A DNA stretch of 63,209 bases, filler included, from Reclinomonas americana ATCC 50394 (GCA_048213135.1; 27 parts of 27 records of this genome joined end to end with filler, not necessarily neighbours in it), one strand, 5' to 3'; shown: positions 46,896 through 60,238, counted from the first letter of the whole stretch. Made by a program: numbers and translations. Notes: generated by a model not told the origin, from the letters alone.

Positions 46896-49240
46896 TCAGT
46901 GAGCTCTGCGTCGACTGGGAATGATGAGCGCCTCGAGACTCATGAATGGTCGCTCCACGAGCAAGTACAACAGGTACGATCCCAAGTAGGCAAAGAAGAT
47001 GTTGCCGCAGCACTCCACCGTGATTGCCTGCATTTAAGAGAGTGTCAGCAACCTCTCCGCACACAGTGGCCAATGGATGGCGCGTACCGGAATCGAGTAC
47101 TGCACAGTGAACACAAGACTTTTAGTCACAGTGCGGAGGACAAGATTGCACCGAGTATTGCTCACCTCGAGGAAGTGCGTGCGCAGTGAATACGAGATCA
47201 AGATCCCTGCGACAATCGATACGGTGGGTGACAGGAAGAACTCAAAATCGACACAAAACACGCGTTGACGCACAGGCCGGATGCAGCAGGTAGGCGCCGT
47301 ACGTGAGCCGTGCCAGTGGTGTCCAGTATTCTGCACATCACACGCAACGTCAACATCTTACCACGCAACCCCACTTGACACGCAACAACTCACCCGCCGA
47401 CAGGAATCGACGCCACAGATTCGTCACAATCACGAACCGGAACGAACTGCCAAGACAAGTATCCGCATCAGCGTTTGCGCAGACAGAGGAGAAGAAGCGT
47501 GTTCGAGACTTGCCTCTTCTTCACACTCTCAATCATCAAGTACAGCATCACCGCCAGCGCGAGACACCAGGCCGGACGACTGAACGTAATGTACATGATC
47601 TGGTGGTAGTGGTAGTGTGAGATACAACACGCATCAGAAACTCTCGCAGCGACGAAACATTGTTGATATCGCCCGGCGTCCAGTTCTGACCCAGTGACTC
47701 GTACAGATTCACCGGACCAAAGACGCACGCACCAAACACCGCAAAGCACGCCAGGTACAGCAGCCAGTGCACCGCAACCACCGACCGCGACTCGGAGGTT
47801 TGTTCGGCCGCCAGCTTGCCGGTGCGGAATGCCTCCAGTTCACGCTCACGCGCCGCCTCACGCTCGTGCAACACAAACGCCAGACCCTGCAAGAATGACG
47901 AAGAGTCAGCCTCACTCTTCCCACCATTGACGAACAGAGATAGACGCACCACGCCAACCAGGTAGGCGGGAACTCGGGCCCACGGTCGTCCATAGTAATA
48001 ATTCCTGCGTTGATTCTGAGAACAGGCCACGCGCGGTGCTGCACACATGCACGTGTACATACCAGTAGCTGTCAGTGGGAGCAATGATGTAGAACGAGAT
48101 GTCCTTGAAGTGCACCACGAGTGCCTGGTCCACCGAAGAAATGAGCAAACATCGACTCGACATCAAATCTGCAATCACAACTCACCGACGACAAGAGGCT
48201 GCCAAACATCACCACTCCAACCAGCGTCCAGCCAAACCACCGTCGACGAGCGTACGCGAACAAGAAGATCGGTGTAATGGCAAACGCCCAAAAGTCACAG
48301 GCCAGGTACCTGTGCAGGTGCGTGCAACTCTGTAATGAATTCACGGATGGACATCGCACACGAGAGTGACGCACCACACCCAGCTAACGCATTGATTGGA
48401 GAAGCTCCACGGGTAAAATGCGTTGAGGAAGAGCAGCGGCTGTCGACGCGAAAAATGATCGTGGCTGAGAGCGAGCAGCGACATGGCAAAGCACACGACA
48501 TCGCAGCACTAAACAAACCGTCCACCAATACTGATCACACGTCTGGTGATACATCTGCTGATACTGAGGCCAGAACGGTCCATCGCCCACGTAAGGTGTC
48601 AACTGTGAAAACAACAACGACGACGGTGGTGGTGAACTCCAAGATGCTCACCAGCACCAAGCTTTCACAACCGCAACACTCACCTTCCACACCACAAAGA
48701 TCATCACCGCCAGACTCGGAGTCAGTCGCCAGATGCGATGGAAGTAGTACAGCAGCAGGTTGAGCGATCCGCGCTTCGGTGGCTCTGTGTGGCGACGACG
48801 ACAGGAGTGTCAGCTGCAAATCATGTCGGTGGTGAAAGCATTAGAGAGAAGAGACCATCCAGTCGCTGGTGTGGCAGCAGCGCTCCGAGGGCCAGATGCG
48901 CCACCAACAGGCCCGACAGCATGAAGAACGTGTCGACCGCGAACCTGTGTGCCTGTGTGTGTTAGAAGCGAGTGACAGCACTGTCTGGCATGTACGTGAC
49001 ACGGAACTCAGCTGCAAACAGCAACACATGGGTGAGCACGATTCGTGACATTCATGAGGAAGAAAGACAAGCCACTCACCGCCGGCGATGAGAGCAATGG
49101 GCCACTGCGTGCCGAATCCACCCGGCAAGAAGACAGACACCACATTGTAGACGTACTGCAGCGAGAACGAGTGCGTGTGGCCAAGTACGCTGGTACGTGA
49201 TACAGTTTGTTTGTCAGAAAATGGAAAGCATGAAGAACAA
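46896..49240 (-). CDS. Acyltransferase-3 (NRF-6/OAC-like), multi-exon, 5' partial
   Basis: VDTFFMLSGLL, GDGPFW, WYLACDF, YYYGRPWAR, terminal YLLVERPF. Confidence 0.8.
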
Positions 49241-49340
49241 NNNNNNNNNNNNNNNNNNNNNNNNNNNNNNNNNNNNNNNNNNNNTTAATTAATTAANNNN
49301 NNNNNNNNNNNNNNNNNNNNNNNNNNNNNNNNNNNNNNNN

Positions 49341-49789
49341 CTCCGGCTGCGCCGCCGACGGTCGCAGGTGAGATCGACGCCGACGAGGCGCAGCTCACCA
49401 TCCAGACCGCGCTGGCCGCGCCGATCGGCACCGCCGGTACGTCGGCTGATCTGGCCGCCGTGCTGAAGGACGTCGCGGTCGACGCCTATGCGGCCGAGGT
49501 CGAGGCGCAGTGGCAGGAACTCATCTCGCAGGGCTGGAGCATCGACGGCTCGCCCACGCTGGTGTCGACCGAGGTCACGAGCCTCTCCGCCGATGCCGAA
49601 CCTCCGACGGCGGAGATCACCGCCTGCGTCGACTCGTCCGCAGTGACGATGCTCGACGCGAACGGCGCTCCGATCGGCGACGACTCGGCGAAGACGCCCC
49701 GCGCCCTCCACCTCTTCACTCTCATCCAGGGAACTGACGACATCTGGCGGATCTCCGCCCACAGCTTCCCCAACGACCCGACATGCTGA
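49341..49789 (+). CDS. Hypothetical actinobacterial secreted/lipoprotein, partial
   Basis: ITACVDSS.V...D.NG...WRI pattern. Confidence 0.6.
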
Positions 49790-49818
49790 ACACGGCTGCT
49801 GACGAAAGGCGCCCTGCA

Positions 49819-51769
49819 ATGACTCGCTCCACCTCACGTCGCTCCGGCCGCATCGCGGTCGCCGCTGCGACCGCTGCCCTCACGATCGCAGCGCTGTTCA
49901 CTCCGGTGTCGGCCGCCACGGCGGCAGAACCCACGCTCCCGACGGCCGATGGCCTGACCGAGATCACGGCCGCCGCGTCGTGCTGGGAGATCAAGCAGCG
50001 CAACCCGCAGTCGCAGAACGGGGTCTACTGGCTCAAGACGCAGGCCATGGTCGCTGCCGACCAGTTCTACTGCGACCAGACCTCCAACGGCGGCGGCTGG
50101 GTGCTCGTCGGACGCGGACGCGAGGCATGGGCGACATCGACCAACGGCTCGGGCTCTCCCGAGCAGGTGCGCACCGACGTGACCGGCGAAGCGGCCTTCA
50201 AGCCCCGCCAGCTGCCCGGTGAACTGATCGATCAGCTGGCCAACAACCAGCCGATCAAGAACCTCGCCGACGGCGTCCGCCTCGTGCGCGCCACGAACAC
50301 GGCCGGCACGACGTGGCAGGATCTGACCTTCACCTTCTCGAGCCCGCGCGACAAGTGGACGTGGATGTTCAACAACGAGCAGCGCGTCAATCAGTACAAG
50401 GTGAACGGTGTCACCCGCAGCGGCGGCAACACCGCCAACTTCGGCAACGACAACAACTACATCCGCGTGCGCACCATCACCGGCTCCGCCGAGGGCTACG
50501 CGATGGGCTTCGGCTTCGGCCCCAACATCCGCGGCAACCCCGCGAGCTCGAGCTACCTCTGGTCGAAGGACACGAACACCGGCTCCGCCCGTCCGTTCAC
50601 GCAGGTCTTCATCCGTCCGCAGCTCTCGACGGCTTCGTTCGAGAGCATCCCGGCATCCGGCTCCGCAGCCATCACGAACCAGGCGGTCGTCGACAGCTTC
50701 GCCCAGACGCAGAACTGGGGTGTCGCCGGTCTCGGCGCAGGCGCCGCCTCGACGGAGGGCAGCAACGAGGTCTCGGCATTCACCGAGGTCGGCAGCACGG
50801 TCTTCGTCGGAGGCAACTTCACCACCGTGCAGAAGACGGCGGGCGGGGGCAGCGCGCAGTCGCAGGCCTACCTCGCCGCTTTCCAGCGCGATACTGCCGA
50901 GTTCATCCCGACCTTCCGTCCGACCTTCAACAACCAGGTCAAGGCGCTCGCGCCGCTTCCCGGCAACCGCGTCGCGGTCGGCGGGTTCTTCACCCAGGTG
51001 AACGGCCAGAACGCTGCGGGCCTCGTGGTCCTCAACGCGACAACGGGTGCGATCGACACCGCATTCACGGGGCGACTGATCAACGCGCTCAGCGGCGGCG
51101 TTCCCGTCGTGCGGACGCTCGACGTGCAGGGCGGATGGCTGTACGCGGCCGGCGTCTTCACGCACTCCACGGGCGGAACCTCCAGCGTGCAGAGCTACAC
51201 GCGCGGCGCCGTGCGCTTCAACGTGACCAACGGCACGCCCGACGGCACGTGGAACCCGGAGTTCAACGGCACGGTCATGAGCGTGGATGCATCCGCACAG
51301 GGTGACCGCGCGTACTTCGCCGGCTTCTTCACGATGTCGAAGTCCCGCCCGGCCGACAAGGCCGCGGCGATGTCGACGGCGAACACCGACCTGTTCCCGT
51401 GGGCGGTCGTCTTCTCGAACCGCAACAGCGGCCGGACCGGCTACCAGCAGGCGGTCCTCGAGGTCGGCAACCGCGTCTGGCTGGGAGGATCCGAGCATTC
51501 GCTGTTCAGCTACTCCCGTGACGGCCTCACGCTGCAGAGCTCGTCGGTCGGAAACGCCGGCGGCGACTTCCAGGCGATCGCCACCGACGGCAACGCCGTC
51601 TACGGCGGATGCCACTGCTTCGAGACGCAGTACGACGGATCGACGACCTGGAACCCGGTCGGCACGGCCTGGACCGCCGCGGATGCCGTCTACGGCTCCG
51701 GCGCGTGGAGTGCCTCGACGGGCGCTCGCATCCCGAGCTTCAACGGCGACTTCGACACCAACCGCGGTG
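49819..51769 (+). CDS. Secreted protein with fibrinogen-like N-domain and beta-propeller repeats, partial
   Basis: Signal peptide; SCWEIK...NGVYWL...FYCDQ..NGGGWVLV; repeated VGG.F blades. Confidence 0.85.
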
Positions 51770-51869
51770 NNNNNNNNNNNNNNNNNNNNNNNNNNNNNNN
51801 NNNNNNNNNNNNNTTAATTAATTAANNNNNNNNNNNNNNNNNNNNNNNNNNNNNNNNNNNNNNNNNNNN

Positions 51870-52883
51870 GTTGACGGCGGTGGGCGACGTCTCCGTGCGG
51901 TGCGTCGCGTCGATGACGAGGACCGTCGTTCCCAGATAGATGTCGACGAGAAGACGCTCGCGGGTGACACGCAGCGAATCCGCCGCGGCACCGCGCGCCG
52001 GCACGTCTTCACGCCGCGCATCCACCGTCGCGAACACCGGGGCGCGGAGAGCACGTGACATCTCCCTGGCGTTGCGCAGCCGACGATCGAACGGATTCCA
52101 GATGAACGCCGCGATGAGTCCGAGAACGAGTCCTGCGGCTATGCCGGTGAGCAGCGTCACCGTGCGCCCAGGGGCGAAGCCGAGCTCGTTGTCCTCGGCG
52201 GCCGAGAGGACGATGCCGCCGGTCGTGTCGACGCTCTGCAGCCCGTTGCGCTGCGAGAGCAGTCCGTCGAGCTCGGTGAGGATCTGCTGACGCTGCGTCG
52301 TCGCCTGCGCATAGGCGGCGCTGGTCACATCGGCGCTGACGAGCGCCTGGTTGGCCTCGCCGAGAGTCGTGTTGAGCGCGTCGATGCGCTCGGTGAGGCT
52401 CGTGACCATGACATCGATGCGCTCATCGGCCTGATCGCTGCGGAAGGAGAGGTAGGCGGAGGCGACGGCATCCGCACCCTTGATCGCCTCGGCGGCGTTG
52501 TCCGCGTCGAAGTCGACCGTCACGACGGCAGCGCCGGACGAGGTCGTCACCGTGGACGCGGCGCGGATCTCACTCGCCTTCATCGCACCGTCGAGCAGGT
52601 CCGACGCCCGCGACGCGACGACGTGCGATCGGGCGATGGCCGTCTCGGTCGCATCGTCGAGCAGACCGGACGCGGCCTTCTGCGCGCTGAACGGCTCGGT
52701 CGTGATCACATTGAGGTTGATCGTGGTGGTGGCTGTGACCGTCTGCTGCGCGACCACGAGGTATCCCGCTGCCGCGATGCCCCCGAGCACCGTCGCGGCG
52801 AGGATCACCCGCCACTGTCGCTTGAGCACGAAAACGTACTGCTCGAATCCGAGCGTCGCCGTGCTTCCCTGATCCTCGTCCAT
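51870..52883 (-). CDS. Polysaccharide chain-length determinant (Wzz/Wzc-like), partial
   Basis: LKRQWRVI TM segment, coiled coil, second TM GLVLGL..A, then DRRLRN. Confidence 0.8.
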
Positions 52884-52997
52884 CAACGATCTTCCCCTCG
52901 ACTGCGAGCGCGCCTGTGCCGACCCCACGGGCTCCCAGCCCTCTTCTTGTCCGTGGGCCTATCCTAGGGGCGGAGCCTGAGTGATAACGGAGGACGC

Positions 52998-53179
52998 GTG
53001 CGTACGGATCTCGCCGTCGTCGGTGCGACGCCCCCGTCGACTGTCGCCCGCGCCGCCCTGCCCCGGTGGCCGTTCACGGCGATGCTCGCGCTGTTCCCTC
53101 TCTGGTGGGCCCTCGGGGTCGCCGAGATGGCCTGGATCCCGCTGGCCGGATGCATGGTCGTGCTCATGGTCAGGCGCGG
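52998..53179 (+). CDS. Membrane protein (polysaccharide polymerase/ligase-like), partial
   Basis: Hydrophobic WP...FPLWWALG; divergent from the Wzz-like gene. Confidence 0.5.
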
Positions 53180-53279
53180 NNNNNNNNNNNNNNNNNNNNN
53201 NNNNNNNNNNNNNNNNNNNNNNNTTAATTAATTAANNNNNNNNNNNNNNNNNNNNNNNNNNNNNNNNNNNNNNNNNNNN

Positions 53280-56200
53280 CTCTCCACTCGTACTCACAGA
53301 CGGTAAGTTGGCCACCGGTGACGGCAGTGAACGATCCGACGCCACCAAACTGAATGCTGTAATACACAGTGTGAGTGAATGGAATACGCTGACTCAAACT
53401 CGCTTCTCGCAGAGAGTAAGAGGAAGGAAAACGAGCTTTTTACGCAAAGAAACCACCGCCGAAGACGACCAAGAATGCTCATTCAGTCGATGCAAATGTC
53501 TCCAGTCTACAAAGTCCATCCACTATCCTCTGCAATACAGGGCTCTATTCCAACGTAATCTCGTGCACCTCGCTCAACATACATGCTTTCATCCACAGTG
53601 TCTCTCTGGCCACATAACGCATCTCACAACTCACTCATTCTGTTCACCGTTGCTTCCCATTCCTCCTCCCTTCACCTCCTTTTTATCCGTGCCGGCTGAG
53701 CTGGTCTAACTCTCTCGCCCTCGCTCACTAACTCACGTCTACACGCACATCACACTGGACAAGCTGTCGCACACGGAAACAACCGCACAATCTCATTGGT
53801 CCCAGTTTCTATTCACTCCATCTCACTTCTCACCTCCTCTTTTCTCTCTCTTCTTCCCCTCTCCTCTTCCCTTCTCTTCTCTTCCCCCACCTCCCTTCTC
53901 ATCTCTTCCCCTCCATTCCCTTCTCCTCCCTTCTCCCCCCTCTCCTCCTTTCCCTTCTCCTCCATTCCCTTCCCGTCCATTCCCTTCTCCTCCCCCCTCT
54001 CCCTTTTCCTCCCTCCTCGCACCACACATAGAATGATCCAACTGGAACAGAGTTCTCCGCAGTCGTCGCCACGACGACCTCACGAGCCGACGCCACTCCA
54101 CCAAACGACTGCGCTGCGAGACGATAGGCAGTCGCCCCCGAACACGTTCCAGAGGGCATCAGCTGCACGTTATCCGATGCCAGCAATCCGTGACCGGTAA
54201 CAGTCAGCAGCGCGCCAGCCAGCTGGCCAGTAATGGTGGAAGGAGTGAAAGCATCGGCACTCGACACTGGTCACACAAGCACGGTGAGGGAACGGAAGCC
54301 GCAGTGGTTTCCAAACACGGAAAGGAAGCTGTTTACATACCGACTACGAGAGCCGAAGTCGGGACCATGACGTACGGGTAACCGAGTGCACCCACAAAGT
54401 GATAGCTGTTGATCGAAAGAAATTTAAGTACCAAGCAGTGGAGATGCACAAAGTTACTTCATGGATTGTGATGGATGACTGACCAAACAGCATAGTAGCC
54501 ACGTGGCAGGAAACTCGTGTCCAGTGTCACAATCTTGTGCAACCCACCAGCCACTGACGTCGACGTGAGCGAGTACGATGTGGCAGTGTCGCAAGACACG
54601 AAAACACTCGTGCCCAAGAAGAGTGCAGCAGTATCTGTCAGTTGCAAACCGGCACCCGTAATCGTTAACTGCACTCCGGCAGTCTCCGCGACGATGGTTG
54701 CCGGACTGTAGCCGGTAACTACCAGAGGAGTCACTGGACGACAAGTACATGAGCAACGACGTGGCAACGACCATGATGCACGATGCGCGACATCAACGTA
54801 CCAACGGAAATTTCAGTCGTGCCGACTTTAGAGTACGCGCCTCCGGTCGGATACGTCAGTTGAACGCTGTGACGGGATATCGACGATAAGCACAGCAAAT
54901 ACGATGACAAGTAAATGAGCAGCGCAGATAGGGGATGCACAAGCACGACAGACGCGACATAGCGAGATGGCAAAACACCTATTCTGCTTCTCTGTAAGCA
55001 CCCGAGGTGAAATAAAGAAGATAGAAAGTACAAACAAAGGGCGTCTGAGCTGACAAAGATCGCGATGAATTGAGCGTAGAGAGACAGCCCAGCGCTTCTC
55101 CAAAACAAACCACACAGAGTAGGTGCCATTTGTGAGACTGGTATCTGGTGTGAATGCCGTCTTCAGCCGCGCTCCTGCCACGCCAGCTGTTGCAGCACTC
55201 GGAGTCAAAGGGAACTGCGGACTGCCGCTGCAAGTCGTCCCAGACACCAGCTTGACTGCATCGGCCGCAAGAAGGCCGTGCCCCGTAATGGTAACCACTT
55301 GGTTGGCGGTTCCGGAGAAAATCGTGGCAGGCGAGAAAGCATCGGCCGTCTCGGCTGTTTTACAGCAGAACAGCGACAAGGAACCCAAGATGTAATGTGA
55401 GGCAGCACAATCAATGCCCATTGAGACCGTGATATGCACGTACCAGCAGTAATCGTGCCGCCAGAAACCGCCACATAGCCGGTGGTATAACTGAACTGAA
55501 TGCTGAAAGCGAAGAAACTTTGAGAGAGGAAGAAGAGGAGAGGATCATATGCAGTGCGCATTAGACTAGAAACGTGCATCCACTAACCAAATAGTGTAAA
55601 GACCCGCCGGAATGGTGAGACCAGGAGTGGAAACCGTCAAAACTCGCGCACCCGCCGATCCGCTAAATGAGCCCGGAGACAGGTTGTACGTTGTACCCGC
55701 GCATCCGACACCGGCAGCAAGTTGCACAGAATCGGAACCGGCAAGGCCGTGACCAGTTACGGAAATCACCTCGCCACTGGTCTCGGAGCGTATCGATGAA
55801 GGAGTGAAGGAGTCGCCGCTTGCACCTGTGGTAATAAATAGATTTTGAGAAGAAGGATAGACATGGGGAAACGAAAAGGAGACAAGGTAACAACGAGAAA
55901 AAAGAGGACGGCATGTGTGTGAACGCACCAACTTCCAATGCACTGCCGACACTGACAAGACTGCCAGCAGCATCGTACTGATAACTATGAGAAGAGTAAA
56001 GCAGAACCGAGTGAGCACAACCGACATCCGCAGCAGCAAGAGACCACCAAATCCAAAGCATACCACACAGTGTAAAATCCCGCAGCGATCGCAGTGCTCG
56101 ATGTGGTGAATCGAACCGTGCGCGCACCCGCACTACCACCGACTGTACCAGTTATCAACGTGAATGAAGTCGAACCACCACAAGTCGCACCGAACACAAG

Positions 56201-57208
56201 TCGCACAGCATCTGTGTTTGACAAAGCACGTCCAGTTACTGTCACGACTTCGCCAGTCGTCTCTGCAGTGATCTTTGACGGCGAGTATGACGTTGCCGAT
56301 TTGGCTGTAATGGAGCGCACAACCAGTTAGCGGAAAAGAACTAAAACTAGACCTTGAATCAAGAAAACAGTACGCAACAGACGGTCAGTGCTCCCGCCAA
56401 CGCCACAAACGATCCAGTGTTGTTGTACTTGTAGCTGTTCCATGCACAACACGTCAGTCGAAACAGCAGAAAATCGCATTAAAAGAGAATCACCTTGCAA
56501 AAAACACAACAAAACTACAACAGGCACGCCAGCCCAATCCCACCACCCACCGCATCCCATCTCATCTCTCCACACACACACTCACCACACTACATACGAT
56601 CCGGCCGGCGTCAGGTTCACATTCGCCGCAGTACCAACCACAGTCCGTGCTCCCGCAACACCACCCGCCGATCCCACCGTCAGATCGTACGTCGTCGCTC
56701 CGCCACACGAAGCACCGAGCACCAGACGAATCGCATCGGCCGTCGTCAGACCGCGCCCACTCACCGTGATCGTCTGTCCACTCGTCTCCGCCACAATCGA
56801 ACTCGGCGTAAACGTCTCCGCAAGTTTGTCTGCACAACAGAGGAGAGAAACCGAAAGAAAACCGAAGGGGAGAGGGGACGAGTGGAGACGCAAGCGTGTT
56901 AGATCCTTCGACATGTACAACTTCAGACACACTTACTCTCCCACACTCTCATTCTCTCTCACACACACATTCTTTCTCTTTCCACATAATCACTCAACTG
57001 ACATTCAAAAGCGTCGATGTCACTTGCACATATGCCCCCGTGCCGTTGAACCGATAGCTGCATGAGTGTCAGACACAATACACGAAGAAAAACACACAAA
57101 CACAACCACATCAAGTCAGTAAAATGCCGACTTTTCCTTTCCAAGCAAGAGCAGTATGTGCAAAACAGACAAGAACTACCCACAACCACCACCCATGGTG
57201 CAAACGTA
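53280..57208 (-). CDS. Cys-paired repeat-protein family member, multi-exon, partial
   Basis: Exons FSP..I.AE..G...TVTG.GL...D.V.L..G..C...AGAR...G.Y.V(C) repeated at least 6 times. Confidence 0.8.
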
Positions 57209-57308
57209 NNNNNNNNNNNNNNNNNNNNNNNNNNNNNNNNNNNNNNNNNNNNTTAATTAATTAANNNNNNNNNNNNNNNNNNNNNNNNNNNNNNNNNNNN
57301 NNNNNNNN

Positions 57309-57359
57309 TGCCCACCTCCACTCGTACAAGTAACTAGAACAATAAACAAAACAACAAAC

Positions 57360-57395
<36 letters not shown>

Positions 57396-58720
57396 AACAA
57401 CAATGTCATCAGCAAAAAAAAAACACACAAACATCATGCATCACGAGTCCTAGTTCACAAACCACACAAGATACGATCCACCCGCAAGACTGCTGTCGCC
57501 GGTCGACACTGTCAGTGTGCGTGCTCCCGCCGATCCACCCACTGCTCCGCTCGTCATGTTGTACGTCGTCGTGCCCGTCGTACACGTGCCGCCGCCACCA
57601 GACACCAGTCGCACAACATCAATCGCAGTCAGTGCTCGACCAGTCACCGTCACCGTCTGTCCAGCTGTACTGGCACCGATTGCAGCTGGAGAGAACGACT
57701 CCGCCAGCTTGGCTGTGATGCAATGCACAATGAAACACAATCCAACAACATCACAACAACATAAAACAACAACAATGAAAGAAACAGTACGCAACACACG
57801 CTCAGTGCTCCCGACAGCGCCACAAACGACCCAGTGTTGTTGTACTTGTAGCTGTTCCATGCACAACACGTCAGTCGAAACAGCAGAAAATCGCATTAAA
57901 AGAGAATCACCTTGCAAAAAACACAACAAAACAACAACAGGCACGCCAGCCCAATCCCCCCACACCGCATCCCATCTCATCTCTCCACACACACACTCAC
58001 CACACCACATACGATCCGGCCGGCGTCAGGTTCACATTCGCCGCAGTACCAACCACAGTCCGTGCTCCCGCAACACCACCCGCCGATCCCACCGTCAGAT
58101 CGTACGTCGTCGCTCCGCCACACGAAGCACCGAGCACCAGACGAATCGCATCGGCCGTCGTCAGACCACGTCCAGTCACCGTGATCGTCTGTCCACTCGT
58201 CTCCGCCACGATCGCACTTGGCGAGAATGACTCCGCCAGTTTGCCTACAAAAAAAAAAGAATCAGAAATAAAGGAAAGAGTGGCGGTGCAGCAGCGCATC
58301 CAGTTTGCAAGTACTCTCTCTCACTCACTCTCTCACTCTCACTCTCACCCTCCCTCTCCCCTCTCCCCTCTCCCTCCATATCATGACGCAACTGACTGTC
58401 AGCAGCGTCGATGTCACTTGCACATATGCCCCAGTGCCGTTGAATCGATAGCTGCATGAGTGTCGGACACAAAGCACGCAGGAAAACACATACAGCCACC
58501 ACATCAAGTTAGTGAAATGCCGACTTTTCCTTTCCAAGCAAGAGCAGTATGTGCAAAACAGACAAGAACTACCCACAACCACCACCCATGGTGCAAACGT
58601 ACCACACAGAATACTGTCCCGCCGGCGTCAGATTCACATCACTCGTCGTCACCGTCAATGTCCATGCACCCGCTGACCCGCCCAGCGATCCACTCGTCAT
58701 GCTGTACGACGGCGATTCAG
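57309..58720 (-). CDS. Cys-paired repeat-protein family member, partial
   Basis: Same unit; about 0.8 kb largely shared with 56363-57208. Confidence 0.8.
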
Positions 58721-58820
58721 NNNNNNNNNNNNNNNNNNNNNNNNNNNNNNNNNNNNNNNNNNNNTTAATTAATTAANNNNNNNNNNNNNNNNNNNNNNNN
58801 NNNNNNNNNNNNNNNNNNNN

Positions 58821-59434
58821 AGCGACGCCATGAAGTACAGGGTGAGGATCAGGACGATCGTGATGCCGGTGAAGCCGCCGGCGATGCCGGCACCCACCGC
58901 GAACACGCCACCGCCGATGTCGGCGAAGTTGCCGGGATCCTGGACGAAGCTCAGCACGCCCTGGACCGCATCCTCGATGGTGGAGCCGAACTGACCGCTG
59001 ACGTCCTTGAACCAGTCGGTGTTCATGAAGTCCTGGATCATCGTCGGACCGTTCTTGATCAGATTGCTGATCTGCTCGACGAGGAGCGGAACGATCGCCA
59101 GGATGATGCCCGCGAAGGCGAGTACGACGGCGGCCACGACGATGGCGACCGCGGCGGCACGGGGGAGCTTCTTCTCGATGAAGGTGACGATCGGGTCGAG
59201 GCCGAGCGCGAGGAAGATGGCCACGCCGATGTAGACGAGGACCGTGGCGAGCTGGTCGACGATCCCGCCGATCACGAGCGCGACCAGCACGCCGAGCGCG
59301 CCGAGCAGGCCGAACATGAACGGGTTCGTCCGCGCGTACGCGGCGACACCGTTGGACGGCTGGGAGCGCTTCACCTCCGGCGTTCCGATGACCGGAGCAG
59401 CATCCGTCTTCGCGATCACTCTTCTACGCCGCAT
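58821..59434 (-). CDS. AI-2E family transporter, partial
   Basis: FLALGLDPIV..., P.LVEQI..L, ILTLYF. Confidence 0.88.
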
Positions 59435-59517
59435 GATTCCCCCGGTCGGTTGTAAGACTCACCCGTCGATCATCCCTCATCAGCGCGGACAACCGGCCGG
59501 ACACGCGAGGGGCAGCA

Positions 59518-59676
59518 TCAGGCTTTCGGGGTGCGATTGCGGATGACGCCGAAGAGGATCGTCCCGACGAAGAGGATGATGCCGATGATGGCGATCCACA
59601 GCAGACCCTCGATCGCGAAGCCCACGACGGCGACGATGGCCCAGGCGACGAGCAGGATGATCAGTACGGTCCACAT
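59518..59676 (-). CDS. Small two-TM membrane protein
   Basis: MWTVLIILLVAWA...GFAIEGLLWIAIIG. Confidence 0.7.
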   Translation of the reverse strand: MWTVLIILLVAWAIVAVVGFAIEGLLWIAIIGIILFVGTILFGVIRNRTPKA

Positions 59677-59749
59677 GCTGTGAAGGTACGGCGCCGACGC
59701 GGCGTCGCGCAGGCCCTTGACGGGGAGAGCGACGCCGCGTAGCGACCGG

Positions 59750-60238
59750 TCACTTGCCGGAGAGTTCGACAGTCTCGTTCTCGGCGTCGTACGGCTCACC
59801 CGTGATCTTCGACTTCACGAAGCTGAAGAGCGAGGCGATCTTCCCGCCCGGGCTGTCCCAGTACTCGGCTGATTCGGCGGAGAACTTCAGCAACCCGACG
59901 TCGGGGTCGTCCGGACCGTTCGTGAACCAGGCTTCGACGGTCGGGCTCCAGAGCTCCTTCACCTTGGCCTTGTCCTCGACGAGCTCGGCGGTGCCGGAGA
60001 GCGACACCCAGGAGTCGTTCGAGCTCAGGGAGATCCCGACTCGCTCGTCCTTCGCGATGTCGGCGACGAGGGATGCGCTGCGGGAGACGAGGAACCAGAG
60101 ATCCCCGTCGAACTCCGCCTCCTGCACGGTGAGCGGGTGGGAGACCAGTCGATCGTTGGCGTTGCGCGTGGTGAACATCGCGAAGCGGAAGTCCTTGATC
60201 AGTTCGGCGACCCGCTGGGTGGGGGTGGTGTCGGTCAT
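59750..60238 (-). CDS. Pyridoxamine 5'-phosphate oxidase-like general stress protein
   Basis: AMFTT, SHPL, GDLWF, WVSLSG.A, WF..GP.DP, AEYWDSPG; SD AAAGGGA. Confidence 0.9.
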   Translation of the reverse strand: MTDTTPTQRVAELIKDFRFAMFTTRNANDRLVSHPLTVQEAEFDGDLWFLVSRSASLVADIAKDERVGISLSSNDSWVSLSGTAELVEDKAKVKELWSPTVEAWFTNGPDDPDVGLLKFSAESAEYWDSPGGKIASLFSFVKSKITGEPYDAENETVELSGK

